This document shows, one piece after another, positions 43,427 through 57,800 of a DNA stretch of 64,000 nucleotides. The DNA lies in assembly GCF_009914755.1 (NCBI RefSeq), contig NC_060944.1, one strand, 5' to 3'. Made by a program: the position numbers and the translations under genes. This DNA is from the human T2T-CHM13v2.0 reference genome, Homo sapiens. Each line of letters begins with the position of its first letter. The first letter of the stretch is position 1. The notes beneath the pieces are model-generated. The model searched no databases. It was not told where the DNA came from and worked only from the letters and a program-made list of their open reading frames with translations.

Positions 43427-45424
43427 TGAGTGTTGTGCATGCACCAGATGCTGCCTTGATTGTTTGGCTGTGTCACAATATCAATTAATTGCCCCAATTA
43501 AAAGTTTCTATGTTATAGATGTTGTAAAACACAATAGCCAGTATGCCCTAAACACTTTCACTTTTATTAAAAGACGGAAACAATGAACAAATATGTGGGC
43601 TCTTGGACAGAGGGGCTTGCTTTATGTCCTCTAATTTTGCCTTTGTTTGAAAAAAAAAGACAACGACAACAATGCCCAAGTTACTGGGTAATTCTAAATG
43701 ATTAAAAAGTACTTGAAATTATTTGAAAAAATCTTTGAACCTCGTAAACATATGGGAACTAACCGTTAGACATGATGAATAGAACTCCCATATAGCTGAA
43801 ATGCTCTGCAATTGAAATGATTCCATCCACAATGCCAAAAGGTGTATAGTCTTAATTCTGCAAATGTTACTAGTAAAGATCAGCATACTTTGGGATGAAT
43901 TGTGTGCAGTGTCATTTGTTTTGGTTTGAAAAACTTACTGAAGAAATATTCAAAGAAGTGTTTGCAGTCTGTTTATTTTTTGAAGATAATTTTTAAATAT
44001 TGGATGAAGAACATAATTTTTTAAGCTTAGATGATCTGGTAGGATATAGTAGCAGGATATGTTGTCTTGCCATCAAAGTTAAAAGCTATTCTTCATTTTA
44101 TTTAAAATTTAGTACTTTACATACTTCATTTCTGGCAGAGAGGGTATTGGCAAACATAGAAGTACAGTTGCCATTTAGGAGCTCAATGCGTCTTTCCATA
44201 CTTGATATAAAACTAGCTATTTTCTATTTGAGTGTCTTCCCACAACTTTTGTTTTATCTTTTAAAAGTCAAAATTCTTTCTCTGACATTAAAATGATCTG
44301 TTGCTTTGGAGATGCAAGAAAAAAAAATCACCTGGAATAATTATTCTTCAGAGGCGTAAAAAGGCAGTAGGTGCCAGCATATTCTATGACACAGCAAACA
44401 CACGGCTGCTGGGTTTTTTAATTTTTTAATTTTTATTTTATTTGCTGAAAGGGTTAAAATGATCTATGGTAAAATGTAAAAAACAAAGATTTTTGAAAGA
44501 AAAATTAGAACTGTATTCAAGAAGGCTTCTATAAGTGTTTCATATGAAACTAATCTGTTATTTACATTTATCTCCTTAGTAACATGGAATTTCAATAGTT
44601 TAGCCTCTCAGTTTTGTATCAGACTTACTATAATTAATGCTTTGTTGATGATTCAAAATTGCTCACAGTTTTTAGTATAGGAAAGAATATTTTTTCTTCT
44701 TCCCCCAACAACATTTCAGCCAAATTTCATATAAGCCTGTTAGTTCCAAGAACTATATTGATAATGCAGCTATGAAATTTATCTTTGAACCTAAGTTTAT
44801 TGGCCTAACTTGCAATTTCAATATCGATATTAGTTTTAAAGACAGTTGCCGACACTGCATCAGAGCCCTGTTTGTCCCCAGGCATTGGGAGTCAAAGTGA
44901 ATTCTGCTGCCACATGGAGGGTTTCTTTCAGGCTTGAATCTGTCTCTTTTATTGCGGTACACAGCTTGCTTATCAGTTAAGTGTTTCGTTTATGGATGTG
45001 GTTTGATAAATGTCTACTGAACAGTGACAAATGAACAGCAGTAGGGCCTGTACTGTGCTCAGCTGATAAACCACTGTTAGATCCTCAAATGCTTCTCGTG
45101 AGGATGGATTTTTAACACTTAGAATACTCTGACTTTGTCAGCTTTTCTCCATCAGCTCTTTCTTGGAGGGACTGATTACTTCCTCTTTGAATTATCTATG
45201 CTCCTGGCTTCCTTTTTTTCCCTCCTATTTATTGCTGATGTTCAAGAACCTCACTCTCCTCTAATATTTTCAAAGCCTGGTTCTATTAAACATTACCTGT
45301 GTGGCTTTCCTGAGACTCCAGCTTCTTCCTTGTTGGCTAAATGGTGAAGATAATGATAATAATAAGTACTTGAAATGGTTGCTATAAGGATTAAATGAAA
45401 TAATTCATTAGGAAACCTTTAGCA

Positions 45425-45597
45425 CAGGAGTTCTCAAATTTAATTGCTCATGGAATTACCTGGGAAACTTTCAAAAATGCTGATGTGTGTTTTCCGCCTC
45501 CAGAAATGCTGGTACCATAAGAATCAAATTGATACAGGTGTGGTGTGGGCATGATGGATTTGAAAAACAAATTTGCAGCAAAATTTGAGCACCACTG
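45425..45597. mobile_element. MER5B-like MITE inserted in a MIR 3' end
   Basis: CAGGAGTTCTCAAA ... TTTGAGCACCACTG terminal inverted repeats; MIR sequence on both sides. Confidence 0.7.
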
Positions 45598-46042
45598 CCT
45601 TAACTTACTCTTGGTGTACAATAAGTACTTACTAAATATTAGCCAATATTGTTGGTAGTAACATTGTTGCTTTTGTTATCACTAAAAAATTCAAGTCAGA
45701 ATTGTAGAAAGCCACTTTTCATTTCACTCACTTAATTTGGAAATGTTTATGTCAGCAAAAGGGATCAGAGGAGGGGCTTATCTCAAAGGGGGTTGTGGAT
45801 TGACAGGCAAGAAAGAAGTTGCTATTACTATCAGTTTAAAATCTTCAAATTTCCAGAGAAAACCTCAGCTCAAATTGGACAAATAAAAATATAATTTATT
45901 GAAAATGACTGGAATGTATTGAAAATTTCAGCGGAATTGCCAGGTTCAGGTGAAGTTTCATTCCACTGCTCAGTTAATGTCACCAAGGACTAGGTGCCTC
46001 TTTTTTTCATCAGTATGCCATGCAAGGTTCTGGTAGGGGTTC

Positions 46043-46412
46043 TGATATGGCTTGGCTGTGTCCCCACCCAAAATCTCATCTTGAATTGTAATTCCCATCA
46101 TCCCCATGTGTCGAGGGAGAGACCAGGTGGAGGTAATTGAATCATGGGGGCAGTTCCCATGCTGTTCTCGTGAAAGTGAGTGAGTTCTCACGAGATCTGA
46201 TGGTTTTATAAGTGTTTGGTAGTTCCTCCTGAGTTCACTCTCTCCTGCTTCCTTGTGAAGAAGATGCCTGCCTCCCCGTCGTCTTCCAGCATGATTGTAA
46301 GTTTCCTGAGGCCTCCCCAGCCATGCAAAACTGTGAGTCAGTTAAACCTCTTTGTTTTGTAAACTACCATCTTGGGAAGTTCTTTATAGCAGTGTGAGAA
46401 CGGACTATTACC
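46043..46412 (+). mobile_element. THE1 (THE1C/D-like) solo MaLR LTR
   Basis: TGATATGGCTTGGCTGTGTCCCCACCCAAAATCTCATCTTGAATTGTA...GAGGCCTCCCCAGCCATG...GAACGGACTATTAC; 5-bp near-TSD GGTTC/GGGTC. Confidence 0.93.
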
Positions 46413-47639
46413 GGGTCCTTTTCCATCTTCAGGTTCCCCTTGGATGCTACCCTCTGCACACCACCCTTGGCAGCTCCTGGCCTCCCCACCTAACAGTGTC
46501 ATATGGGGTGGCCCAAAAGAGAGACTAGCTGCCTATCAGAGAATTGTATCAGGATTACAGTATAACTACCTTGTAGAAGAAGGTGTAGGGCCTGCAAGAG
46601 GAAAACTAGACCATTGAGTTGGTTAGAACAAAAGCAGCAACAGGACTTAGAGTAGATTAAAAGTATAAAGATACCAGGATAAAGTGAAGAAAGCTTGGAA
46701 ACTGGGGACAGAAAGGCAATGTAACAAAAGGACAGATTGAGTGCAAGACTTTCTGCGGGGGCTTATAGACCATAAAGGAAGGAAGAACATTTGTGAAGCA
46801 GATATTTATCAAAATACCCAGGCACCCCACAAATATTTATCTCTATATTCATATTATTTTTGTTTTTTACAGCATCTCATTACATAAAAATTCAAGATCT
46901 GGTTGAAAATGAACTGTTTTTTGTGCCTGCTGTGATTTGAAATAACATTTACAGGAAATGGAAAAGCTTCCATGTGTTACCCTGTTTATGAATTTAAATG
47001 TCAACCCCCAACACAATACATGAAATTCCAGATCTTCTTTTCTGTATATAACCTTTGTTCAAGTTGCCAGTTTTAAAATTTCACATTAGAGAGAACTTGG
47101 GAGATCTTTATCCAAATGTAATAACCAAAAGAAAAACACTGTATCCTTTGAAATCTAAAAGGTGCTTACTTTTTTTCTTGCTCTCTCTCTCCCTCCTTCC
47201 GGCCCTCCCAGGTTTGTAGAGCACACGTAAGGGCAAGATGCTGTGGTATATATATCTTGTCTGTGCTATGTACATGTACTTTCTGGGTCGTCACTTCAAA
47301 AAGATCTTTGCTTTTAAAAAAAGTGTTTATCACTGCGGCCTCTGATCTATTAGTAGTTCCTGACCCATCAGATCCATTCAGTGGCTCATGTGCAGCTTTC
47401 ATAAAATAAAATAAACTTGATAAGAGTGGAAAATAATCTTGTCTTGTACAGAAAAAGTTGTTTTTTGAAACTTTTTTCATGTATGTGACTGTATGTTCTG
47501 AGTCACAGCATAAAGTGTAATTTTTACTGTGGGCAATACATATCGGAGAAGTTTTAAAAAGGATGCTGAACAAGATCATTTCTTCAGCCTCATGATTCTC
47601 AGCATGTATTGAGTGCTTAGGGGTATGGAAAAGTGGGGA

Positions 47640-47755
47640 AAGTGGAGATGTGGGTTCAAGTGCCAGCTTTGCCATTAACAGGCGTAAGGAAGTTGTGCTG
47701 TCTGCTGGCATCTCTACTTCCTCATCTATGAAATGGGGCATGGGATACATGGTTT
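47640..47755 (+). mobile_element. MIR SINE fragment
   Basis: TGGGTTCAAG...TTCCTCATCTATGAAATGGGG. Confidence 0.65.
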
Positions 47756-48569
47756 TAGGTATGTAAGTTCCGTTAGCCCTTGATTCCAGCTTTTAAATTG
47801 AGAAGTTAAACACCCATGACTTTCCACCTTACAGATTGTAAAACTGATGTTGAATAAGTTTACATAACCTGAAACTTCTTACCTCCTTCATCATGCAAAC
47901 CAAGTGAACCAAAAAAAAAAAAAAAAAAAAAGGTCACACTCTAGCCAAGGTAAGGTACTATGCCAACAAAAAGGATTAAAGACTTGTGTCAAGCTTCTTT
48001 ATGTGTGGCTTCTCAAAAGCATTCTAGGATTGCTTTTGGACACCACAGGGAGCGACCTCAGGGTCACAGAGGCTCTCCCAACTTTAGTACATGAAAACTG
48101 TGTGCTGCCAACTTCCAGCTCTCAAGAATGCACGCAGCAATGTCATTGAAAAATATTTTTATAGTTACACAAAATAAACTGCTTGTCATGCTGATCTGAC
48201 AACTAGTTTATTCTATTGGTAAAGGGCAGTTATTTCAGATATGTAGTATTAATTTTAATGTAGATTCTTTGTAAATATCTAGGCCGCAATTAAATTCTAG
48301 GTTGTATGTAGTATCACCAGAATCACATAAGGTAGATTAGAGTAAAATCAAATTTTAAAAATTGATTAGGCTTTTCTTTCCTAATCTCTACATAAACATG
48401 ATAGCTTTTTTACTTCATTCTTTATTGATTCATTGATTGATTGATATTCAATGACAGAAGTCATTGAGTGACTCTTTCTGCCAGGTACTGTTACAGGTGC
48501 TGGAAAACAGCAATGAACAAAAAGACAAACAGCTATGCTGTCATATAGCATTTTATTTAAGAGTGAGAA

Positions 48570-49076
<507 letters not shown>

Positions 49077-52000
49077 ATGGGGTAGGGGAAACAGATAACA
49101 GATAAGTCCCACTGAGAAGCATAAAGCGGGATCGGAGACCTGAGAAAATGAGTGCTGGGAAGGGGTCTGCTGCTTTACAGAGCCATAGTGGGGAAAGGTG
49201 TCTTGATAGGAGGCAGTTATATGAGTAGAGACATGAACTTAGTGAGGGAGAGCATTCCTCTTTGCCGGGGATACAGCAAGAGCAAAGCATATTTCAGGAA
49301 TAGAGGAAGGCCAATGTGGCTACTGTAGAGTTCAGACCTTTTAGGCCATGAAAATGACTTGGGCTTTTCTTCTGATGGAAGAGGGAAGGCTTCTGAAAGT
49401 TCTGAGCACAGAAGTGATGGGATCTGAGCTTTTGAAAGTTCCACTGGTGGCTGTTGGGAGTAAACTACAAAAGAGAGAAGCAAGCAGACCAACTAAATGG
49501 CTGCTGCAGATATCCTGGGGTGATGATGATAACTTTGCCTGAGGTGGTAGCTAGAGAGGTGGTGAACAAAGTGACATAATCTGAATATGTTTTAAGATAG
49601 AGACACAGGGTTTGATAATGTATTGGATGTGAAGTATGAGCAAAAGAAAAGATTCTAGAACAACTATTAGTGTTTTGGCCCAGAAAATTGGGAGAATTGG
49701 GTTGCCATGTCCTCAGATAAGAAGGAAGGAAGAGCATATTTAAACAGAAAAAAATCCAGAATTTGGTTCTGGATATTTAAATGTTGAGATGCCTGCTAGA
49801 CTTTTACCTGATAATGTCAGGACAGTTAGACACAAGTCTGGGGTTCAGGGAAGATGTTGGCCCTGGAGATACAAATGTGGGCATTTGAGGCTCAAATCCT
49901 GGGTGAGGTCTCTTAAGGAATGTAGGTGTAAAAGAAAGAGGTTTGAGATCTGAGACATGGGATTGCCAGCATTTAGACTTTGAGGAGACTTGGAGGAAAC
50001 AGCAAAAGAGACTGAGAATGGTATATACGTAAAAGAATAGAAGGCAGGAACTTGAACAGACACTTGTGTACCAACGTCCATCGATGGATGAGTGGATATA
50101 CAAAATGTCGCATACACTTACAATGGAATATTGTTTAGCCCTAAAACAGAATGAAATTTTGACACATGCTACAACCTGAGGGAACCTTGAAGACATTATG
50201 CTGAGTGAAATAAGCCAGACATAAAAGGACAAATATAGTATGACTCTGTTCTTATATGAGGTACAGGCATACCGCAGCAGCATTGCAGATTTGGTTCCGG
50301 AACAACACAATACAGTGAATATTGAAAAAACATAAGTAATACACATTTTTTGGTTTCCCACTGCATGTAAAAGTTATGATTACACTATACTGTAGTCCAT
50401 TACATGTACAATAGCTTTATGTCTTAAAAATCAGTTATTTTTAGACATAATTTTACAATTAAATTAAATAAAAAATATTTTATTGGTAAAACATGCTAAT
50501 GATCATCTGAGTCTTCAGCAAGTCACAGAGGGTCTTGCCTCGATATCAAAGGCTGCTGGCCATTCAGGGTAGTGATTGCTGAAGATTAGGGTAGTGGTGA
50601 CAATTTCTTAAAATAAGACAACAGTGAAGTTTGCAACATCAGTTGACTCTTCATTGCATGAAAGATTTTTCTGTAACATGAAATCCTGTTTGATATTTTA
50701 CCCACAGTAGAACAGTAGAACTACTTTCAAAATTGGAATCCATCCTCTCAAACCCTGCTTCTGTTTTAGCAACTAAGTTTATATAATATTCTAAATCTTT
50801 TGTTGTCGTTTCAACACTGTTCAGTGTATCTTCACCAGGAGTAGATTCCATTTCAAGAAACGACTTTCTTTGCTCATTCATAAAAGTAACCCCTTGTCTG
50901 TTCAAGTTTTATTTATTTATTTTTACTTCTTATTTTGTTTTATGTTTTTAATTTTACTTTAATTTCTCGGATACATGTGCAGAACATGCAGGTTTGTTAC
51001 ATAGGTATACGCATGCCATGGTGGTTTGCTATGTCTATTGACTCGTCCTGTAAGTTCCCTCCTCTCACCTCCCCCACCCCCCAACAGGCCCTGGTTTGTG
51101 ACATTCCCCTCCCTGTGTCCACATGTTCTCATTGTTCAACTCCCACTTATGAGTGAGAACATGCAGTGTTTGATTTTCTGTTCCTGTGTTAGTTTGCTGA
51201 GGATAATGGCTTCCAACTTCATCCATGTCCCTGCAAAAGACATTATCTCATTACTTTTTATGGCTGCATAGTATTCCATGGTTTATATGTACCACATTTT
51301 CTTTATCCAGTCTATCATTGATGGGTGTTTGGGTTGGTTCCCTAACTTTGCTATTGTAAGTAGTGCTGCAATAAACATATGTGTGCATGCGTCTTTATAA
51401 TAGAATGACTTATATTCCTCTGGCTGTATACCCAGTAATGGAATTGCTGGGTCAAATGGTGTTTCTGGTTCTAGATCCATGAGGAATCACCATACTGTCT
51501 TCCACAATGGTTGATCCAATTTACATTCCCACCAACAGTATAAAAGCATTCCTATTTCTCCACAGCCTCACCAGCATCTATTGTTTCTTCACTTTTTAAT
51601 AATCACGATTCTGACTGGCATGAGATGGAATCTTACTGTGGTTTTGATTTGCATTTCTCTAATGATCAGTGATGTTGAGCTTTTTTTCATATGTTTCTTG
51701 GCTGCATAAATGTCTTCTTTTGGAAAGTGTCTGTTCATATCCTTTGCCCACTTTTTGATGGTGGTATTTGTTTTGTTTTGTTTTTTTTCTTGTAAATTTG
51801 TTTAAGTTCCTTGTAAATTCTGGATATTAGACCTTTGTCAGATCGGTTGATTGCAAACATTTTCTCCCATTCTGTAGGTTGCCTGTTCACTCTGATGATA
51901 GTTTCTTTTGCTGTACAGAAGCTCTTTAGTTTAGTTAGATCCCATTTGTCAAGCTTGGCTTTTGTTGCAATTGCTTTTGGCATATTTGTCATGAAGTCTT

Positions 52001-54246
52001 TGCACATACCTATGTCCTGAATGGCATTGCCTAGATTTTCTTCCAGGGATTTTTATGGTTTTGGGTTTTACATTTAAGTCTTTAATCCATCTTGAGTTAA
52101 TTTTTGTATAAGGTAGGAGGAAGGGATCAAGTTTCAGTTTCCTGCACATGGCTAGCCAGTTTTCCCAGCACCATTTATTTAATAGGAGATCCTTTCCCCA
52201 TTGTTTGTTTTTGTCAGGTTTGTTGAAGATCAGATGGTTGTAGGTGTGTGGTGTTCTATTCCATTGGTTCTGTATGTCTGTTTTGGTACCAGTACCACCT
52301 GTTTCGGTTACTGTAGTATTGTAGTATAGTTTGAAGTCAGCTAGTGTGATGCCTCCAGCTTTGTTCTTTTTGCTCAGGATTGTCTTGGCTATACAAGGTC
52401 TTCTTTGATCCCATATGAAATTTAAAGTAGTTTTTTCTAATTCTGTGAAGAATGTCAATGGTAGTTTCATGGGTATAGTATTGAATCTATAAATTATTTT
52501 GGGCAGTACGGACATTTTCATGATATTGATTCTTCCTATCCATGATGATGGAATCTTTTTCCATTTGTTTGGGTCTTCTCTTATTTCCTTGAGCAGTGGT
52601 TTGTAGTTCTTGACAAGATCCTTCACATCCCTCGTTAGCTGTATTCCTAGGTATTTTATGCTCTTTGTAGCAGTTGTGAATGGGAGTTCATTCATGATTT
52701 GGCTCTCTGCTTGTCTATTGTTGGTGTAAAGGAATGCTTGTGATATTTGCACATTGGTTTTGTATCCTGAGACTTGGCTAAAGTTGCTTATCAGCTTAAG
52801 GAATATTGGGGTTGAGATGATGTGGTTTTCTAAATATAGAATCATGTTGCTGCAGACAGAGACAAGTTGACTTCTCTCTTCCTATTTGAATACCCTTTAT
52901 TTCTTTCTCTTGCCTGATTGCCCTGGTCAGAACTTCCAATACTAGGTTGAATAGGAGTGGTGAGAGAGGCCATCCTTGTCTTGTATTGGTTTTCACAGAG
53001 AATGCTTCCAGTTTTTTCCCATTCAATATAATATTGGCTATGGCTTTGTCATAAATAGCTCTTATTATTTTGAGATATGCTCTATCAATGCCTAGTTTAT
53101 TGAGAGTTTTTAGCATGAAGTGATGTTGAATTTTATCAAAGGCCTTTTCTGCATCTATTGAGATAATCACATGGTTTTTATCTTGGTTCTGTTTATGTGA
53201 TGGATTACATATATTGATTTGCATATGTTGAACCAGCCTTGCATACCAGGGATGAAGCTGTCTTGATCGTAGTGGATAAGTTTTTTGATGTGCTGCTGGA
53301 TTTAGTTTGCAGTATTTTATCGAGGATTTTTGCATCGATGTTCATCAGGGATATTGGCCTGAAGTTTTTTTTGTTGTTGTTGTGTCTCTGCCAGGTTTTG
53401 GTAACAGGATGATGCTGGCTTCATGAAATGAGTTAGGGAGGAGTCCCCCCTTTTCATTTGTTTGGAATAGTTTCAGAAGGAATGGTACCAGCTCCTCTTT
53501 GTACCTCTGGTAGAATTCAGCTATGAATCCATCTCATGCTGTGCTTTTTTTGGTTGGTAGGCTATTAATTACTGCCTCAATTTCAGAACTTGTTATTGGT
53601 CTATTCATGGATTTGACTTCTTCCTGGTTTAGTCTTGGGAGGTTGTATGTGTCCAGGAATTTATTCATTTCTTCTAGATTTTCTAGTTTATTCGCATAGA
53701 GGTGTTTATAGTATTCTCTGATGGTAGTTTGTATTTCTATGGGGTCAGTGGTGATATCCCCTTTATCATTTTTTAGTGTGTCCATTTGATTCTTCTCTCT
53801 TTTCTTCTTTATTAGTCTAGCCAGCAGTCTATCTATTTTGTTAATTTTTTCGGGAAAAAAAGAAGAAGCTCCTGGATTCATTGATTTTTTTTGGAGGGTT
53901 TTTCATGTCTCTATCTCCTTCAGGTCTGCCCTGATCTTAGTTATGTCTTGTCTTCTGCTAGCTTTTGGATTAGTTTGGCCTTGCTTCTATAACTCTTTTA
54001 ATTGTGATGTTAGGGTATCAGTTTGAGATCTTTCTAGCTTTCTGATGTGGGTACTTAGTGCTATAAAGTTCCCTCTTAACACTGCTCTAGCTGTGTCCCA
54101 GAGATTCTGATACACGTTGTCTCTTTGTTCTCATTGGTTTCAAAGAACTTCTTGATTTCTGCCTTAATTTCATTATTTACCCAGGAGTCATTCAGGAGCA
54201 GGTTGTTCAATTTCCATGTAATTGTGTGGTTTTGAGTGAGTTTCTT

Positions 54247-54515
54247 TTTCTTTTTTTTTTTTTTTTTGAGATGGAGTCTTGCTCTGTCGCCCAGGCTGAA
54301 GTGCAGTGGTGTGATCTCGGCTCTCTGCAAGCTCCGCCTCCCGGGTTCACGCCATTCTCCTCCCTCAGCCTCCTGAGTAGCTGGGACTACAGGTGCCCAC
54401 CACCACACCTGGCTAATTTTTTTGTATTTTTAGTAGAGACGGGGTTTCACCATGTTAGCCAGGATGGTCTCGATCTCCTGACCTCGTAATCCACCCATCT
54501 TGGCCTCTCAAAGTG
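54247..54515 (-). mobile_element. AluY lacking about 35 nt at its 5' end, next to the tail of the adjacent Alu
   Basis: Reverse Alu ends at GGCCTCTCAAAGTG, then runs into the poly-T of the next Alu. Confidence 0.92.
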
Positions 54516-54813
54516 TCTTTTTTTTTTTTTGAGACACAGTCTCACTCTGCCACCCAGGCTGGAGTACAGTGGGGCACAATCTCAGTTCACTCTTGTGCTC
54601 CACCTCCCGGGTTCACACCATTCTCCTGCCTCAGCCTCCTGAGTAGCTGTGACTACAGGCACCTGCCACCATGCCTGGCTAATTTTTGTATTTTTAGTAG
54701 AGACGGGGTTTCACCATGTTAGCCAGGATGGTCTCGATCTCCTGACCTCATGACCAGCCCACCTCGGCCTCCCAAAGTGCTGGGATTACAGGCATGAGCC
54801 ACCACACCTGGCC
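54516..54813 (-). mobile_element. Full-length AluY inside L1 ORF2
   Basis: Complete reverse dimer; TSD TTGAGTGAGTTTCTT at 54232-54246 and 54814-54828 encloses both Alus. Confidence 0.94.
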
Positions 54814-57800
54814 TTGAGTGAGTTTCTTAATCCTGAGTTCTAATTTGATTGCACTGTGGTCTGACAGACTGTTATGATTTCAGTACTTTTGCATTTGCTG
54901 AGGAGTGTTTTACTTCCAATTATGTAGTTGATTTTAGAGTAAATGCCATGTGATACTGAGAAGAATGTATATTCTGTTGATTTGGGTTGGAGAGTTCTGT
55001 AGATATCTGTTAGGTCCCGTTGATCCAGAGCTGAGTTCAAGTCCTGAATATACTTGTAAATTTTCTGTCTCATTGATCTGTCTAATATTGACAGTGGGAT
55101 GTTAAAGTCTCCAACAAGTATTGTATGGGAATCTCTGCGTCTCTTTGTAGGTCTCTAAGAACATGTTTTATGAACCTGGATGCTCCTGTATTGGGTGCAT
55201 ATATATTTAGGATATTTAGCTCTTCTTGTTGAATTGATCCCTTTACCATTATGTAATGCCCTTTTTTTGTCTTTGTTGGTTTAAAGTCTGTTTTGTCAGA
55301 GACTAGGAATGCAACCCCTGCTTTTCTTTTTTCTTTTGGCTTCCATTTGCTTGGTAAATTTTCCTCCATCACTTTATTTTGAGCCTATATGTGTCTTTGC
55401 ATGTGAGATGGGTCTCCTGAATACGGCATACCGATGGGTCTTGACTCTATCCAATTTGCCAGTCTGTGTCTTTTAATTGTAACATTTATCCCATTTATAT
55501 TTAAGGTTAGTATGGTTACATGGGAATTTGATCCTGTCATCATTATGCTATCTGGTTATTTTGCACACTAGTTGATGCAGTTTCTTCATAGTGTCATTCG
55601 TCTTTATATTTTGGTGTGTTTTTGCAATGGCTGGTTTTCCTTTCCATATTTAGTGCTTCCTTCAGGAGCTCTTGCAAGTCAAGCCTGGACTAAATCCCTC
55701 AGCATTTGCTTGTCTGGAAAGGCTTTTATTTCTCCTTCGCTTATGAAGCTTAGTTTGGCTGGATATGAAATTCTGGGTTGAAAAGTGTTTTCTTTAAGAA
55801 TGTTGAATATTGGCCCCCAATCTCTTCTGGCTTATAGGGTTTCTACTGAGAGGTCTGCTGTTGGTCTGATGCGCTTCCCTTTGTAGGTGACCTGGCCTTT
55901 CTCTCTGGCTGCTCTTAACATTTTTTCCTACATTTTGACCTTGAAGAATCTGAAAATTATGTGTCTTGGGGTTGATCTTCTTGTGGGGTATCTTAGCGGT
56001 GTTCTCTGTATTTCCTGAATTTGCATGTTGGCCTATCTTGCTAGGTTGGGGAAGTTCTCCTGGATGATATCCTGAAGTGTGTTTTCCAGCTTCTTTTCAT
56101 TCTCCTTGTCCCTGTCACGTACTCCATTCAATCGTAGGTTCAGTCTTTCTACATAGTCCCATATCTCTTGGAGGCTTTGTTTGTTCCTTTTCATTATTTT
56201 TTCTCTAATCTTGTCTGCATGCCTTATTTCAGCAAGGTGGTCTTCAAACTCTGATATCCTTTCTTCTGCTTGATTGATTTGGCTATTGATACTTGTGCAT
56301 GCTTCACAAAGTTCTTGTGCTGTATTTTTCAGCTCCATCAGGTCATTTATGTTCCTCTCTAAACTGGTTTTCTAGTTAGCAGCTCCTCTAACCTTTTATC
56401 AAGGTTCTTAGCTTCTTTGCATTGGATTAGAACATGCTCCTTTAGCTCAGTGGAGTTTTTTATTATCCATCTTCTGAAGCCTACTTCTGTCAGTTCGTCC
56501 ATCTCATCCTCTGTCCAGTTCTGCACCCTTGCTGGAGAGGCATTGAGGTCCTTTGGAGGAGAAGAGGCACTCTGCATTTTGGGTTTTCAGTGTTTTTTTG
56601 TTGATTCTTTCTCGTCTTTATGAGTTTGTCTAGTTTTGATCTTTGAGGCTGCTGACCCTTGGATGGAGTATTTGTGGGGATTTTTTGTTGTTGATACTGT
56701 TGTTGTTGCTTTCTGTTTGTTTGTTTTTCTTTCAGTGGTCAGGTCCCTCTTCTATAGGGCTGCTGCAGTTTGCTGGGGGTTCACTTCAGGCCCTATTCAT
56801 CTGGTTTGCTCTCGCACCAGGAGATGTCACTCAAGGAGGCTGTAGGACAGCAAAGATGGGTGCCTGCTCCTTCTTCTGGCATCTCTGACCTCAAGGGGCA
56901 CCAACCTGATGCGAGTAGGATCGCTCCTGTATAGGGTGTCTGACAACCACGTTGGAGGGTCTTACCCAGCTGGGTGGCACAGGGAACAGGACCCATTTAA
57001 TGAAGCACTTTGACTGTCACTTGGTGGAGGGGATGTGCTTCGCTGGGGAGAAACCCACTCTTCTGGGCTGCCTGGATTCCTCAGAACTACCAGGATGAAA
57101 GGCTAAGTCTACTGGTCCACAGAAACTGCGGCCACTCCTCTCCCTGGGGCTCAGGCCCAGGAAGATCAGGGTTCTTTCCCTGAGCCTCTGGCTGGAGTTG
57201 GAGTTCCTGCAAGGAGTCCCCACCAAGTGAGAAAGGATGAGTCAGGGTCAGGCCTGAAGAGGCACTCTGGCTGCAGTCTGCCACAGCTGGTGTGTTGGGC
57301 TGTGGGGGAACCTCTTGGGACCAAGCTGCCCAGCCTTCCTGGCCCCAGGAGAGGAAAAGCATGGCCTGGAGCTGTAGAGATGGATGCTGTCCTTCCCCAC
57401 CCAGGGAGCTTAGCGTGACAGGCAGTTACAAGTCCCAGTGCTGGCTGCTGCCCCTCCTCCAAGGAGTTCAAATGGCTTAGACAGCAGGCAGCCACAGCTG
57501 TGGTGCTGGTGGCCCCTCCCCCTGGGAACTTGGCAGGCTTAAGCAGATTCGAGCTGAGAGGCTGTTGAGAATCTGCACAGCTCTGGGGTTGGGACCCTAG
57601 GCCCCAGTGGCGTGGGTTCACGAGTGGGATCTTCCGATCCATGGGTTGCACAGTTCTGTGGAAAAAGCATGGTTTCCCCGGCTGGGTAGCACGCTCACTC
57701 GCTGCCTCCCTTGGCTGGGGGGTGAGGGCTCCCCTCTCCCATGTGGCTCTCAGGTGGACCACCACACCACACTGCTCTTCCTTCCTCTCCATGGATCATG

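Noticed and set aside
47166-47750. 194-aa reverse ORF
   Set aside because: Starts inside a MIR, has no recognisable domain, and is antisense within an intron; consistent with a chance ORF.
51283-56577. Long reverse ORFs (up to 298 aa) with reverse-transcriptase, endonuclease and ORF1 similarity
   Set aside because: Fragments of a dead L1PA: multiple frameshifts, the FADD catalytic motif is destroyed near 52840-52858, and two Alus interrupt ORF2.
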